Assembly (NCBI GenBank): GCA_963756425.1
Contig: CAVWNW010000022.1
Location: 187,722-251,721 of the forward strand
Direction of reading: 5' to 3'
Source of the DNA: an uncultured bacterium
Lineage (GTDB): Bacteria; Actinomycetota; Acidimicrobiia; Acidimicrobiales; VFJN01
Length of the DNA: 64,000 nt
Part shown: positions 62,904 to 64,000 of the stretch, one piece after another
Layout: each line of letters opens with the position of its first letter
Position numbering within the stretch: position 1 is the first letter of the stretch
Notes under the pieces: model-generated
Seen by the model: only the letters and a program-made list of their open reading frames with translations
The model's database searches: none
Told to the model about the DNA's origin: nothing
Made by a program: the position numbers and the translations under genes

Positions 62904-63575
62904 CTACGGGGGGTCCGCCCCGGGGTGGGGCTCGACGATCCCGTGGTCGTACGCGAACACGATGGCCGCGGCCCGATCCCGTACCCCCAGCTTGGAGAAC
63001 ACCGCGCCGACGTGGGTCTTGATCGTGGCCTCGCTCACGATCAGCGCGGCGGCGATCTCGGCGTTGGTGGCGCCGCGCGCCATGTGGCGCAGGACGTCGT
63101 GCTCGCGCTCGGTGAGTTCGGTGACGCGGGCTGCCGCTGCCAGGTGCGGCCGCACGTTGATGTGGAAGGCCCGCAGGACCCGCGGCACCACCTTCGGATC
63201 GAGCCAGGCCGCTCCGCCGGCGACCGCACGCGCCGCCGCGATGAGGTCCTCGGCCGAGCTGTCCTTGAGGATGAACCCGGCGGCGCCCGCGTCGAGGGCA
63301 CCCCACAGGGCGTCGTCGTCGTCGAAGGTCGTGAACATCAAGATCGGCGGAGGCTCGCCGGACTGCACGACCGCTCGCGTCGCGGTGACGCCGTCGAGGC
63401 GGCGCATGCGGACGTCCATCAGCACGAGATCCGGCCGATGGGCGGCCACGGCCGACAAGACCTCGTCGCCGTCGCCGCATTCGGCCACGACCTCGAAGCC
63501 ATCGTGCGGTCCCAAGATGCGGGCGACCCCGGCGCGCACGACCGGCTGGTCGTCGACGATGACGACCCGGATCAT
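62904..63575 (-). CDS. NarL/LuxR-family response regulator
   Basis: VIVDDQ, VLMDVRM, TTFDDD, LTEREHDVL, TIKTHV. Confidence 0.95.
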   Translation of the reverse strand: MIRVVIVDDQPVVRAGVARILGPHDGFEVVAECGDGDEVLSAVAAHRPDLVLMDVRMRRLDGVTATRAVVQSGEPPPILMFTTFDDDDALWGALDAGAAGFILKDSSAEDLIAAARAVAGGAAWLDPKVVPRVLRAFHINVRPHLAAAARVTELTEREHDVLRHMARGATNAEIAAALIVSEATIKTHVGAVFSKLGVRDRAAAIVFAYDHGIVEPHPGADPP

Positions 63576-64000
63576 CGCAGCGGCTCCTCACCGCCGGCGG
63601 AGGCGAGCGGCAGCCGCGCCTGGACCCGCCAGCCGTCGGCGGTCGGTCCGGCGTCGAAGTCCCCTCCGACGGCGCGGGCCCGCTCCCGCATGCCCACCAA
63701 CCCGAAGTGCCCGTTCGCGCGGTCCGGTTCGGCGGGGGCGCGCCCATGGTCGGCGACGATGAGCCGGACCTCGTCGGTGTCTGCGTCAACGTCCACGGTG
63801 AACTCCACCCGGTTGCCAGGGGCGTGGCGGGCCACGTTCGCCAGCGCCTCCCGGCCGATGCGGTGCAGCGCCGTACCGACCGGCCCTTCGATGCCCGCCG
63901 CCGGCGCCGTGACCCGCGCGGTCACGTCGAGGCCGGCGCTGCGGTACTCCTCGACCAACTCGACGAGCTCGGCCGAGCCTGGCAGGGCGGGATCCGTCCC
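63572..64000 (-). CDS. Sensor histidine kinase, C-terminal part (runs off the right edge)
   Basis: EALANVARHA, DHG, GHFGLVGMRER; ATGA overlap with the regulator gene. Confidence 0.9.
   Translation of the reverse strand, partial: GTDPALPGSAELVELVEEYRSAGLDVTARVTAPAAGIEGPVGTALHRIGREALANVARHAPGNRVEFTVDVDADTDEVRLIVADHGRAPAEPDRANGHFGLVGMRERARAVGGDFDAGPTADGWRVQARLPLASAGGEEPLR

Overview
High-GC actinobacterial DNA (gene content suggests Acidimicrobiia; inferred) forming an accessory, plasticity-type region of about 55 genes. It includes a sugar ABC transporter, a LAL regulator, a CHASE3 kinase, a MoxR/DUF58/transglutaminase operon, TetR/ArsR/ECF-regulated detox modules, a GH3 glucosidase and a TetR-hydrolase-hydrolase/glycosyltransferase-diiron operon. 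There are many gene relics (IS110, DUF222, NarL, AlkD, DUF3089) and about ten single-base frameshifts. I saw no rRNA, tRNA or CRISPR array. The most striking locus is 31078-34600: two tandem mini-genes share upstream DNA, RBS and a signal-peptide-like leader. Each ends in a different short segment that I recognise from memory as resembling the N-terminal and C-terminal parts of a contractile-tail/eCIS tube protein (T4 gp19-like). They are flanked by a HAF-repeat lipoprotein and an NPPF methyltransferase with a PqqD-like tail. All family calls come from motif recognition and need HMM confirmation.
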